Numbered from the stretch's first letter, positions 9,544 through 22,085 are shown. The stretch: 64,000 nucleotides of DNA from an uncultured Acidobacteriota bacterium (GCA_963700145.1 OY969474.1:3776001-3840000), one strand, 5' to 3'. A program made the numbers and translations. The notes: a model not told the origin generated them from the letters alone.

Positions 9544-10167
9544 CTACGAGTCCTGGATCGCCAGGTCGTCGAAGGGCGGCGTGTTGGGGATCTGCAGCGT
9601 CACCACCCGCACCTCGGGCGGCGGCGCCGGGAACTTCATCCAGACGAGGGCGCTCTGCCCGGGCTCGAGGGTGTCGTACCAGCGGTCGCGCCAGCCGGAG
9701 CGGACGCCGCCGATGTAGTTCCCCGCCTCGTCCTTGAGCACCTCGTACTTCTTGCCGCCGGCCGGGTCCATGACGTACATCTGGCTGAAGTAGAAGTCGG
9801 GCTCGGCCTTGGCGCCCCCCTGGTTGCGCACCCGGAGCTTCGCGGTGAGCGTGTTCCCCTTGCGCAGGAACTCCGTCACCTCGACGACGACGCCCGACCA
9901 GTTGGTCTCCTGGCTGGCGAGGACGATGCCGGGCGCGCCCGCGGGCGGCGCGACGGTGGGCGTGCCCGCGGGGGGTCCGCCGGTGGTGTCGGGGACGGCG
10001 CTCATCGCGCCGGCGTCGGTGGAGGCGGCGCCGTTGGGGCTGGCGACCGCGGCGGGCTCGCCGGTCGCGGCGGGGGCCGCCTCCTCGGCGGTGTCTTCGC
10101 GCGGGGAGCAGGCGGCGAACAGGGGCAGGAGCGCGACGAGCGTCAGGGCGAGAGTCTTCGAGCGCAC
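9544..10167 (-). CDS. Hypothetical lipoprotein with a C-terminal beta-sandwich-like domain
   Basis: GTG start after GAGGAGG; lipobox LFAAC; Ala/Pro linker; folded domain containing DPAGGKKYEVLKD...WMKFPAPP. This is the 3' end of ORF 9544..12723. Confidence 0.8.
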   Translation of the reverse strand: MRSKTLALTLVALLPLFAACSPREDTAEEAAPAATGEPAAVASPNGAASTDAGAMSAVPDTTGGPPAGTPTVAPPAGAPGIVLASQETNWSGVVVEVTEFLRKGNTLTAKLRVRNQGGAKAEPDFYFSQMYVMDPAGGKKYEVLKDEAGNYIGGVRSGWRDRWYDTLEPGQSALVWMKFPAPPPEVRVVTLQIPNTPPFDDLAIQDS

Positions 10168-10211
10168 GGCATCCCTCCTCTCGGACGTTGGCGGCGTCCG
10201 AGAGGATACAA

Positions 10212-10967
10212 CTAGCGCGCGGGGACCGTCAGCACCTGCCCGGCCTTGAGCCGGCTCGAGCGCATGCCGTTGGCGCGGCGCAGCCCGTCGACGCTCGTGC
10301 CGTAGCGGCGGGCCAGCGACCAGAGGGTGTCGCCGCTGCGCACCTTGTGGCGGCGGGAGGCGGCGATCTTGATCGTCCCGGTGCCCGCGCCGTCGTCGTC
10401 GCCCCCGCCCAGCCCGGCGACGTAGCGCCGGTAGGGCGCGGGGAAGAGGGCCACGTGGTAGTGCGCCGGCCAGCGCTCGCGGGTGGCCTCGAGGAGGTCG
10501 CGGCGCTCGAGCGCCAGGAGAGTGTCCTCGAGCCAGGCGCGGCAGGCGGCGCGGCGGCTCTGGCGGAGGTCGACCGCCATGCCGGTGGGGTGGACGGAGA
10601 GGTGCGAGGCGTTGTGCGGCTGGCGCGACTTGGGGCGGGTCAGGCTGGTCACCACCAGCCGCTCGCCGCAGGCGGCGCGGTACTGCCGCCCCAGGCGCTC
10701 GACGAAGGTGCGGACCTCGGCGCGCGCATAGGGGAAGGAGACGTCGGCCAGGGTGTAGTCGCGGTTGCCGGCGAGCTCGACCAGCAAGCCCGCCGCGGTG
10801 AAGTCCTTCACTTGGGAGCTGGTGCGGAGGTAGGTGTAATCGTGCTGGCGCGCCATGCGCGCCTGGATGGCGAGGGAGTCGCTCGACCCGCGCAGGCTCG
10901 CGGCGGCGAGCGTCGAGGGGAGCGCCAGGAGGGCGAGGGCGGCGGCGGTGCAGCACTGAGTCCGCAT
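10212..10967 (-). CDS. DUF5715-type (M15-like peptidase) protein with C-terminal LysM domain
   Basis: Signal peptide; VTSLTRP, SVHPTGMAVD, HYHV; LysM HKVRSGDTLWSLARRYGTSVDGLRRAN. Confidence 0.85.
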   Translation of the reverse strand: MRTQCCTAAALALLALPSTLAAASLRGSSDSLAIQARMARQHDYTYLRTSSQVKDFTAAGLLVELAGNRDYTLADVSFPYARAEVRTFVERLGRQYRAACGERLVVTSLTRPKSRQPHNASHLSVHPTGMAVDLRQSRRAACRAWLEDTLLALERRDLLEATRERWPAHYHVALFPAPYRRYVAGLGGGDDDGAGTGTIKIAASRRHKVRSGDTLWSLARRYGTSVDGLRRANGMRSSRLKAGQVLTVPAR

Positions 10968-11114
10968 GGGCTGACGAGCTCTCCTTCTCGGGTTGACGCC
11001 CATTGCCGGCGCCCCTGGAGACGCCGGCCGATCCATAGCGGTAGGTCCGGCCGCGGAGTTTAGCACAGAGGACTGTGCAACTACAGACTGCCTGGCTGCC
11101 GCTCGTACCCTCTC

Positions 11115-12620
11115 TTAACCCTCCGGCCGCGCCTCCTCTTCCCGCGCCGGCCCAGTGGCGAACGGCGGGTGCTCGATCTTGGCCACGCAGGAGGTGTCGA
11201 GGCCGCGCACCGAGGCGCGCTCCAGGAAGTCGTGCATCAGCCGCTCGACGCAGGGGCCGGAGTTGTCGTGGGCGCCGCCGGGCACCTCGACCGAGAGGCC
11301 GTTGGGCAGGCCCGCGGCCACCCGCGCCGCGAACTCGGGCGGCGTCACCGGGTCGATCTCGCCGAAGACCAGCAGCACCGGTGCGTCGCTGCGCAGCGGC
11401 TCCATGTGGCCGGGGGGCGCCGTGCCGCGCGGCCACTCGCCGCAGGCGCGGAGCTGGGTACGGACGCGCTCGTCGCCCAGGAAGGAGCCGCGGGTGCGTG
11501 GCTCGATCGTCGCCGGGTCGAGGAAGGGCAGGTCCTCGGCGCAGGTCACCGACAGCAGCATGCCGAGGGCGAGGAAGCGCGGGATGGCGCGGCGGGTCTC
11601 GACCGCCACCTGCGCGATCGGCCCGAAGTCCCCCTGCGCCGCCTGGTGGATCTTGAGCGGCAGCGCGCGGGCGTTCTCGACCTGGTACATCTGCCAGCGC
11701 ACAGCCTCGACGAAAGCGGCGCGGGAGAGCTGGATCGCCGTCTCCTTGCCGGTCTCCGGGTGCGTCACCTTGGCGGGGACTGGTCCCTCGGCGAGCCGCG
11801 CCATCACCCGCTGGAGCTCGGCGCGCAGCTCGGGGAAGGCCTTGGCGCAGGCCGGGTCGGCGGCGCAGCGGTCGAAGAGCAGGTCGAGCGCCCGCTGCGC
11901 GGCCCGCGAGTGGGAGACGGGGAGCGTCTCGTCGAGCGGCGCCACGCCGAGGAGGATGGTGCTGCGCACCGACTCGGGGTGGCGGCGCAGGTAGACCTGA
12001 GCGGCGCGGGTGCCGTAGGAGCCGCCGAAGAGGTTCACCTTCTCGTAGCCCAGCCACCGGCGGACCTCGTCGAAGTCGTCGATCGCGCGGTCGGTCGTGT
12101 AGAGCCGCAGGTCGGCCTTCTTCTCCAGCTCCGCGCGGCAGCGCCGCACCTCCGCCAGCGGGAACTGCTCGCCGATGTAGGTCTGGAGGTCGGCGTCGGT
12201 GCCGCCCAGCGAGCACATCAGCGGGTTGGCGCCGAGGCTGCCGCGCTGGTCGATGAAGAGGAAGTCGCGCCGCTCGCGGATCAGCGGCGAGAACTCGGCG
12301 AAGCCGGCGGCGCTGTTGCTCGAGGCATCGCCGGGTCCGCCGGCGAGCCAGAGGACCGGATCGGGCGCCGGGTCCTTGCCGGTGGCGGGGAGGAGGATGA
12401 CCTGGATCGGGATCTTGCGGCCGCTTTGCGCCGCCCGGTCCTCCCACACCTCGTAGGTGCCGCAGCGCGCCTCGGGCGGCAGCCCTTCGCGGGTGCAGGG
12501 GCCGAGCTTGGCGGCGGGGCCGCCGGCGGCCGGCGGCGCCGGGCCGTTGGCGCACGCCGGAGCGGCGGCGGCGGCGAGCGCGAGGACGAGAGCGACGGCG
12601 AACGACTGGACTCTGGGCAT
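11115..12620 (-). CDS. Secreted alpha/beta hydrolase (TAP-like peptidase)
   Basis: GGPG, IDQRG, nucleophile GGSYG, DPVTP, C-terminal GAH. Confidence 0.9.
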   Translation of the reverse strand: MPRVQSFAVALVLALAAAAAPACANGPAPPAAGGPAAKLGPCTREGLPPEARCGTYEVWEDRAAQSGRKIPIQVILLPATGKDPAPDPVLWLAGGPGDASSNSAAGFAEFSPLIRERRDFLFIDQRGSLGANPLMCSLGGTDADLQTYIGEQFPLAEVRRCRAELEKKADLRLYTTDRAIDDFDEVRRWLGYEKVNLFGGSYGTRAAQVYLRRHPESVRSTILLGVAPLDETLPVSHSRAAQRALDLLFDRCAADPACAKAFPELRAELQRVMARLAEGPVPAKVTHPETGKETAIQLSRAAFVEAVRWQMYQVENARALPLKIHQAAQGDFGPIAQVAVETRRAIPRFLALGMLLSVTCAEDLPFLDPATIEPRTRGSFLGDERVRTQLRACGEWPRGTAPPGHMEPLRSDAPVLLVFGEIDPVTPPEFAARVAAGLPNGLSVEVPGGAHDNSGPCVERLMHDFLERASVRGLDTSCVAKIEHPPFATGPAREEEARPEG

Positions 12621-12716
12621 GCGGGGTCTCCTGCGTGGTGGCGGGGAAGTTTACGCAGTCGCGGCGCGCCGGTTTCATCGCTCTAGGAACCAAGGGCACG
12701 TACAATCGGACCCGCG

Positions 12717-13756
12717 ATGGCACTCTTTCGCCGCAAGTTCCGCCTCACCGCCTGCGCCACCACCGGCGGCTGAGCCGCCAAGGTCGGTCCGGGGGACCTG
12801 GCCAACCTGGTGGCGCCCCTCGTCGGCGGCCGCGCCGACGAGCGGGTGCTCGTCGGCCCGGAAACGGCCGACGATGCGGGCGTGTACCTGCTCGGCGACC
12901 GCGCCCTCGTCGCCACTGCCGACTTCATCACCCCGGTCTGCGACGACGCGCGCCTCTTCGGCCGCATCGCCGCCTGCAACGCGCTTTCGGACGTCTACGC
13001 GATGGGCGGGAAGCCCCTCTTCGCGCTCAACCTCTGCTGCTTCCCGCCGGAGGTGCCGGACGAGGCGCTGGCGGGGATCCTGGGCGGCGCCGTCGAGGCG
13101 CTCGCCGAGGCCGGCGCGGCTCTCCTCGGCGGCCACTCGGTGCGCGACCCGGAGCTCAAGTTCGGGCTCGCGGTGGTCGGCGAGGCGGACCGCGACCGGC
13201 TGCTGACCAACGCCGGCGCCCGCCCCGGCGACCGCCTGCTGCTCACCAAGCCGCTCGGCACCGGCGTCCTGATCAACGCCTTCAAGGCCGACAAGCTGGA
13301 CGAGACGGGGCTGGCCCCGGCGCTCGCCGAGATGGCGCGGCTCAACGCCGCGGCCGGCGCGCTGGCCCTCGAGCACGGCGTGCGCGCCGCCACCGACGTC
13401 ACCGGCTTCGGCCTCCTCGGCCACGCGCTTGGCATGGCGCGCGCCTCGGCCGCCGCCCTGCGCTTCGTCTTCGCGCGCCTGCCGGTCTACGACGGCTTCC
13501 ACCGCTTGGCGAAGGCGGGGATCACGACCGGCTGCACCGACGCCAACGAGGAGAACGTGCGGCCCTTCCTCGACGAGCGCGCCGGCCTCGACCGCTCGCA
13601 GCGCGAGCTGCTCTTCGACCCGCAGACCTCGGGCGGCCTGCTCCTCTCGACGCCCGCCGACCGCGCCGACGCCCTCCTCGCCGCGCTCCTCGCCGCCGGC
13701 CACCGCGCCGCCGAGGTCGGCGAGGTGCTCCCTGGGCCGGTGCGGCTCGAGATCGT

Positions 13757-13760
<4 letters not shown>
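12717..13760 (+). CDS. selD: Selenide, water dikinase SelD (selenoprotein, Sec at codon 19)
   Basis: ATG 12717 reads MALFRRKFRLTACATTGG-TGA(12771-12773)-AAKVGPGDL, in frame with ORF 12810..13760 (DDAGVY, NALSDVYAMGG, TDVTGFGLLGH, DPQTSGGLL). Confidence 0.95.
12774..12810 (+). promoter_or_regulatory. Putative bacterial SECIS hairpin
   Basis: Just 3' of the UGA: GGTC-GGTCC-GGG-GGACC-T-GGCC can fold into a stem with a G-rich apical loop and a bulged U. Confidence 0.65.
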
Positions 13761-15001
<1,241 letters not shown>

Positions 15002-15076
15002 GGGCGCCGGCATTCTCTACCAGCGCGCTAGACTCCCGGGCCTTCCATGACCCTTCCGGTCCAGGAGCCCGCGCCG

Positions 15077-16837
<1,761 letters not shown>

Positions 16838-16908
16838 GGAATTCGCCCCCCCGGCCGGCGGTTCTCCGGGCTTCGGGCACCACGCCCCAAGCAGCAGGAG
16901 CACCGCCG

Positions 16909-19191
16909 ATGCAACGTCTTTCCCTCGCGGCCTTTGCCGCGGCCCTCTGGTTCCTCCCGCAGCCGGCCTCGGCGCGGGCGGTGGAGCCGGCCGCGCTGCT
17001 GGCCGACCTCGTCCCCGGGCCCGCGGGCTCCGTTCCATCGACTTTCACGAGCGTCGGCGACGTCGCCTTTTTCCGTACCGTCGATGCCTACCAGAACCCC
17101 GTCGAGCTGTGGCGCAGCGACGGGACGGCGGAAGGGACCTTCGGCCTCGGCGTCTGCCCCGCCGGCGCGCAGTATTCGCTGGCCTGGACCGAGGAGCACC
17201 TCTACTTCCTCGGCTTCGACGGCGGCTGCGTGATTGGCGAGTCCGCGGCCCTCTTCCGCACCGACGGCAGCCGCGAAGGGACCGTCAAGCTGACCCAGGG
17301 GCTCGCCTTCCCGCAGCCGACGGACGGCTGGCCGGCGGTCCGCTACGTGCCCGCGCTGCAGCGGCTCTTCTTCCGCGCCGACGACGGCGCGCACGGGCCG
17401 GAGCTCTGGGCGACGGACGGATCAGCGGGCGGAGCGGTGCCGCTCGGCGACCTGCGGCCCGGGCCCTCGGGTTCCACCCCGCGGCTGTTCCAGGAGCACG
17501 GCGGCGAGCTTTACTTCTGGGCCGAGCTGGAGCCGCAGTCGTTCTGGCTCTACCGGAGCGACGGCACGCCGGGCGGAACGGTCGCGGTGAAGGGGCCGTT
17601 TTCGGCGCCGAGGCAGGCGGTGACCCTTGGCGGCGCTCTCTACTTCCTGGCCTACTCGGGAAACGAGGCGGGCCTCTGGCGCTCCGACGGGACCCCCGCG
17701 GGCACGACCCTCGTAGCCGCGTTCCCAGGCGGGAGCTCGCTCTCCGCGCCGACGGCCGCCAACGGCCGTCTGTATTTCTCCCTCGAGACGCCCGACCACG
17801 CACAGGAGCTCTGGGTGAGCAACGGGACCGCCGCCGGTACGCGGCGGCTCACCGACTTCGCCAACCCGGAGGTGTTCGCCTCGGGCCCCCGCGTCACCGG
17901 CCTCGGCTCGCGCACGGTCTTCATCGCCGATCAGGGGTCGGACCTGGGGCAGGTATGGGGCACCGACGGCACGCCGGCCGGCACGCGGCGCCTCGTCCCC
18001 TGCGACGGCTGTGGCACCTCCTGGCTGGTCCAGGACGGCAGCCTCGCCTACTTCGCGTCGCGCGACGCCGTGCATGGCGAGGAGCTGTGGCGGACCGACG
18101 GCACGCCCCAGGGGACGCGCCTGCTGGCCGACGTCGCTCCCGGCGCCACCGGCTCCTCGCCCTTCGCGCCGTTCGCTCTCGGCGGGGGCGTCGCCTACCT
18201 GGCCGACGCGGACGGCCCGCAGGGCCCCGCCCGGTACCAGATGTGGTGGGTGCCGCGCGAGGGCGGCACGGCACGCAAGCTGACCGACCTTCCCGGGGAC
18301 TGGTGGGCCGCCCAGCTGGACGGTGCGTTCAACGGCGTCGCGATCGGCAGCCGCCTCCTCTTCCGCGCCAACGACGGTGTCCACGGCCCCGAGCTGTGGA
18401 GCGTCGCGGCGGAGGTCCCGGCCTGCGGCGGCGACGTCCTCTGCCTCGGCGCCGGGGACCGCTTCGCGCTCGAGATCTCCTGGCGCCTCGCCGACGGCAC
18501 GAGCGGCCGCGGCCACCCGCAGCGGCTCACCGCCGACACCGGCACCTTCTGGTTCTTCGGGCCGGACAACGTCGAGGTCGTCGCCAAGGTGCTCGACGGC
18601 CGCACCGTCAACCGCAGCTTCTGGCTCTTCTACGGCGCGCTCTCGGACGTCGAGTACACCCTGACGCTCACCGACCGGACGACGGGCGTCGTGCGCGAGT
18701 ACCGCAACCCTCGCGGCCGCATGGCCAGCGTCGCCGACACCGGGGCGATCGTGGACGCGGCGGCCGCGACGGGTGCGCTGGCGCTGGGCGGCGCGGCGGA
18801 GGAGATCGCGGCCGAGCTCGGCGCGGCGGTCGCGGCGGCCGGCGGCTCCTGCGTCGCCGACGCGCAGACCTTGTGCCTCCAGGACGGCCGCTTCCGCGTG
18901 CGGGCGACGTGGACCGACTTCTCGGGCAACCAGGGCGTCGGCAAGGCCGTGCGCCTCACCGCCGACACCGGCTACTTCTGGTTCTTCGGCGCCGATAACG
19001 TGGAGGTGGTGCTCAAGGTGCTGGACGGGCGGCCGGTCAACGACCACTTCTGGGTTTTCTACGGCGCGCTCTCTAGCGTCGAGTACGTGCTGACGGTCAC
19101 CGACACCGTGACCGGCGTCTCGCGCACTTACCGCAACCCCTCGGGGGAGCTGGCGAGCCGAGCCGACACCCGCGCCCTGCCCGCGGAGTAG
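16909..19191 (+). CDS. ELWxxDGT-repeat secreted protein with two copies of a conserved C-terminal domain
   Basis: AGGAG RBS and signal peptide; repeats ELWRSDGT, ELWATDGS, GLWRSDGT, ELWVSNGT, ELWRTDGT; two FWFF...NVEVV.KVLDG domains. This is the 3' part of ORF 15181..19191. Confidence 0.9.
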   Translation: MQRLSLAAFAAALWFLPQPASARAVEPAALLADLVPGPAGSVPSTFTSVGDVAFFRTVDAYQNPVELWRSDGTAEGTFGLGVCPAGAQYSLAWTEEHLYFLGFDGGCVIGESAALFRTDGSREGTVKLTQGLAFPQPTDGWPAVRYVPALQRLFFRADDGAHGPELWATDGSAGGAVPLGDLRPGPSGSTPRLFQEHGGELYFWAELEPQSFWLYRSDGTPGGTVAVKGPFSAPRQAVTLGGALYFLAYSGNEAGLWRSDGTPAGTTLVAAFPGGSSLSAPTAANGRLYFSLETPDHAQELWVSNGTAAGTRRLTDFANPEVFASGPRVTGLGSRTVFIADQGSDLGQVWGTDGTPAGTRRLVPCDGCGTSWLVQDGSLAYFASRDAVHGEELWRTDGTPQGTRLLADVAPGATGSSPFAPFALGGGVAYLADADGPQGPARYQMWWVPREGGTARKLTDLPGDWWAAQLDGAFNGVAIGSRLLFRANDGVHGPELWSVAAEVPACGGDVLCLGAGDRFALEISWRLADGTSGRGHPQRLTADTGTFWFFGPDNVEVVAKVLDGRTVNRSFWLFYGALSDVEYTLTLTDRTTGVVREYRNPRGRMASVADTGAIVDAAAATGALALGGAAEEIAAELGAAVAAAGGSCVADAQTLCLQDGRFRVRATWTDFSGNQGVGKAVRLTADTGYFWFFGADNVEVVLKVLDGRPVNDHFWVFYGALSSVEYVLTVTDTVTGVSRTYRNPSGELASRADTRALPAE

Positions 19192-19193
19192 CC

Positions 19194-20537
19194 TCAGGGC
19201 GCGGCGCGGGCGCTCGGCTCCATCCGGTCGATGAAGAACGCCGCGTCGAGCAGGCGCGGCCAGTCGCGCTCGATCGGCTCGTGGAAGTTGAAGCCGGCGG
19301 CGAGCGGCGCGCGCAGCCAGTGGTCGGCCGGCAGCGAGCGGAAATCCACGAACAGGTACGGCTTGCCGGTGCGGTGGAGGAAGTCCTCGAGCGCGCCGGG
19401 AGCGGACGCGATCTCGACCGGCCCTTCGTCGAGCGCGGCGTCGGCGTAGCGGTAGACGCCGGAGTGGGAGCTGAAGCCGATCGTGTAGAGCGCCTCCCCG
19501 AGCGCTTGCTCGAGGAACCTGCCGGTCGAGCCGGCGTGAGGGCGGCCGGGATCGGGGCCGCGCGGCGAGAAGGCGTCGGTGAAGACGTGGTAGTTGTGCG
19601 CCCAGACGATGGCCTTACGGTCGCGCAGCGGGCCGTTCAGCCACCAGAGGAGGTTCTCGGCCATCGCGGTGTCGCGGCTGTAGCCGTCGGCGTTGCCGGC
19701 TTCGACGTCGGCGGGCAGAGCGCGGTCCATCGCCAGGAGGCTGACCAGGCCCTGGCGGGCGAAGTCGATCTCGCGCGGGGCGACGAAGCGGAGGAGCTCA
19801 TCGCGCCGGGCATCGATCGTCGCGATGAGCCGCTTGGGCAGCGCGCGGTTGTAGTGGCGCTCGCCGGGGCGATCCCAGTGGTCCTTCGGCACCAGGCCGG
19901 CGGACATGGCGGTCAGGTCCGCGCGCTCCCGCGCGGAGAGCAGCGCCGGGTCGAGCCGGTCAAAGAAGGCGAAGACGAAGGCCGGGAAGCGCTCGTTCCG
20001 CCCCGACGCGGTCGAGACCCGGCAGTCGAAGCCGACGACCTCGATGGGTCGGGCGGTGGCCTGCGTGGCGCGCAGGTAGGCGAGCGTCGGCTGCACCTGC
20101 GCGCTCTGCCGCCAGATGCCGTAGAGGCAGAGCGCGGCGGCCTCCTCGAGCGGCGCGCCGCCGCGCAGCGCCGCCGCCATGTCGCGGCAGTCGAAGAACC
20201 CCGCCTCCCAGGCCAGCGCGTCGAACCCCATCCTCTGGTGCAGGAAGCGGATGAGCCGCGCCTTGGCGAGGAAGGCCGAGCCGTCGCCGTGCGTGGCCTC
20301 GCCGAGCTGCACGACGCGGGCGTTGCCGATCGCCGCCGCCAGTGGCGCGAGGTCCGAGAAGTCCTCGTCCGCCGGGTCGATCGAGCGCACCGCGACGGCG
20401 TGGTCGCGCAGCCACTCGATGCGCTCGGCGGCGGGATCGGCGGGCGGCCCGTTAGCCGGCGCCGGCGGCGCGGCGAGCGCGCCAGCGGCCAGCAGGAGCC
20501 CGTGGATGGAGCGGCGCCAGGGCGGTATGGTGAGCAC
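19194..20537 (-). CDS. Erythromycin esterase family protein (secreted)
   Basis: VVQLGEATHGD, RDTAMAENL, IVWAHNYH. Start uncertain (GTG 20537). Confidence 0.85.
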   Translation of the reverse strand: MLTIPPWRRSIHGLLLAAGALAAPPAPANGPPADPAAERIEWLRDHAVAVRSIDPADEDFSDLAPLAAAIGNARVVQLGEATHGDGSAFLAKARLIRFLHQRMGFDALAWEAGFFDCRDMAAALRGGAPLEEAAALCLYGIWRQSAQVQPTLAYLRATQATARPIEVVGFDCRVSTASGRNERFPAFVFAFFDRLDPALLSARERADLTAMSAGLVPKDHWDRPGERHYNRALPKRLIATIDARRDELLRFVAPREIDFARQGLVSLLAMDRALPADVEAGNADGYSRDTAMAENLLWWLNGPLRDRKAIVWAHNYHVFTDAFSPRGPDPGRPHAGSTGRFLEQALGEALYTIGFSSHSGVYRYADAALDEGPVEIASAPGALEDFLHRTGKPYLFVDFRSLPADHWLRAPLAAGFNFHEPIERDWPRLLDAAFFIDRMEPSARAAP

Positions 20538-20618
20538 CTCCGAAAAGCAGGCGCATTGTACGAGGGCCGCCGCAGGAAACCGCCGCTCCGGCGGTTCCTG
20601 GGTCCCGAGGAGGTTGCA

Positions 20619-20891
20619 ATGAGCACGAACCCGCGCACTCGTTGGAAACAGTGGACCAAGCTGCTGGCGCTGGCGGCGGTGCTCGCCGCCTTGGTCCTGG
20701 GAGCGGCGGCGCAGCGCGCCGCGGCCGATCAGCCGCACATGCAGGCGGCGCTCGACGCGCTCGAGGTCGCCGAGAACCAGCTCGAGCAAGCCGACAACGA
20801 CAAGGGCGGCCACAAGCGGCGCGCCCTCGAGCTGGTGCGCCGGGCGCAGGCGCAGGTGCGGGCAGGGATCGGCTTCGACCGCCGGCGCTGA
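20619..20891 (+). CDS. Small secreted helical protein
   Basis: GAGGAGG RBS; signal peptide; mature DQPHMQAALDAL...DNDKGGHKRRALELV. Confidence 0.8.
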   Translation: MSTNPRTRWKQWTKLLALAAVLAALVLGAAAQRAAADQPHMQAALDALEVAENQLEQADNDKGGHKRRALELVRRAQAQVRAGIGFDRRR

Positions 20892-20895
20892 GCGC

Positions 20896-21564
20896 CTAGC
20901 CGAGCAGCGACTTCAGCTCGTCGAGGTCGCGGGTGAGCTGGGCGACGAGGTCTTCGAGGCGGGCGACGCGGTCGGCGAGGGGCTGGCGGGTCGGTGCGGC
21001 GGGGGCGGCATCTTCACTTGCGCTTGCCGTGGCGGACGGCGCCGCGCGCTCGGCCTCGACCGAGGCCTCGCCCACCAGGTGCGCCCACCTTGTCTCCTTC
21101 TGCCCCGCCCGCCGCGGCAGCTCGGCAACGAGCGGCTCCTCCATCGCCGCCAGCCGGCGCAGCGTCTCCTCGACCTCCTCGAGCGAGGCGAAGGCGTGCA
21201 GCCTCTCGCTGCGCGAGCGCAGCTCGCCGGCGGTCTGCGGGCCGCGCAACAGCACCAGCGTCATCAGCGCCTTCCCGGCCGCGTCGAGCCCCCAGCGCCG
21301 CGACACGCTCTGCTTCCAGCGCTCGGCGCGCGCGCCCTCGCTGCGCCAGACGAGCACTTCCTGCCGCAGCCGCTCGAGCGCCTCCCACACCGCCGCCTCG
21401 GAGAGCTGCAGCACCGGCTCGCGGTTCGTCTTCTGGTTGCAGGCGGTGAGCAGGGCGTTGACGGTCAGCGGGTAGAGCTCGGGCGTCGTCTGCTCCTTCT
21501 CGAGCAGCGCGCCGAGCACCCGGACCTCCACCGCGTCGAGCGGCCGCGGGATGAGGGTCGACAC
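20896..21564 (-). CDS. yceH: YceH / DUF480 family protein
   Basis: RVLGALLEKEQTTPELYPLTVNAL..ACNQKTNREPV, LLRGPQTAGELR. Confidence 0.92.
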   Translation of the reverse strand: MSTLIPRPLDAVEVRVLGALLEKEQTTPELYPLTVNALLTACNQKTNREPVLQLSEAAVWEALERLRQEVLVWRSEGARAERWKQSVSRRWGLDAAGKALMTLVLLRGPQTAGELRSRSERLHAFASLEEVEETLRRLAAMEEPLVAELPRRAGQKETRWAHLVGEASVEAERAAPSATASASEDAAPAAPTRQPLADRVARLEDLVAQLTRDLDELKSLLG

Positions 21565-21593
21565 GCCCCGACAGTACCCATCGCGGCGGGGAC

Positions 21594-21622
21594 TTGCAAT
21601 CCGGTTTGAAGGCGTCTAAGCT
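21594..21622 (+). promoter_or_regulatory. Sigma70-type promoter of the cold-shock gene
   Basis: TTGCAA (21594-21599), 17-nt spacer, TAAGCT (21617-21622). Implies a 5' UTR of about 230 nt. Confidence 0.6.
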
Positions 21623-21857
21623 CCGCGCCAACCGATCCGGACAAGCAGGGCTTCGACGACCACTTCCGCTCAACTACTCTCCAGTAGACCGTCGGCTCGC
21701 TTCAGCTCCAGAGGGACACGCACCACGTCGTACACCGTGAGCTCCCCGGCAATCGAGGGAACGAGTTCACCATCCGTACTCCCGTGTGGGAGTGGAGGAG
21801 AGCCGGACTGAGTCCGGCATATATCAACAACCTGTCTTATGAAGGAGCTGGGAGAGT

Positions 21858-22061
21858 ATGGCTGAGCAAGGTACCGTGAAGTGGTTCAACGACGCCAAGG
21901 GCTTCGGGTTCATCGTGCGCGAGCGGGGGGCGGACGTCTTCGTCCACCACACCGCGATCCTCGCCGAGGGGTTCCGCACGCTCAATGAGGGAGACCGCGT
22001 CTCCTTCGAGGTGGTGGAGGGCCCGAAAGGACTCCAGGCACGGAACGTCGTCCGCGTCTGA
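21858..22061 (+). CDS. Cold-shock protein (CspA family)
   Basis: [15 protein letters not shown] (RNP1), DVFVHH (RNP2), [10 protein letters not shown]. Confidence 0.97.
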   Translation: MAEQGTVKWFNDAKGFGFIVRERGADVFVHHTAILAEGFRTLNEGDRVSFEVVEGPKGLQARNVVRV

Positions 22062-22085
22062 GCCGCTTCCGACGACCATAACGTG

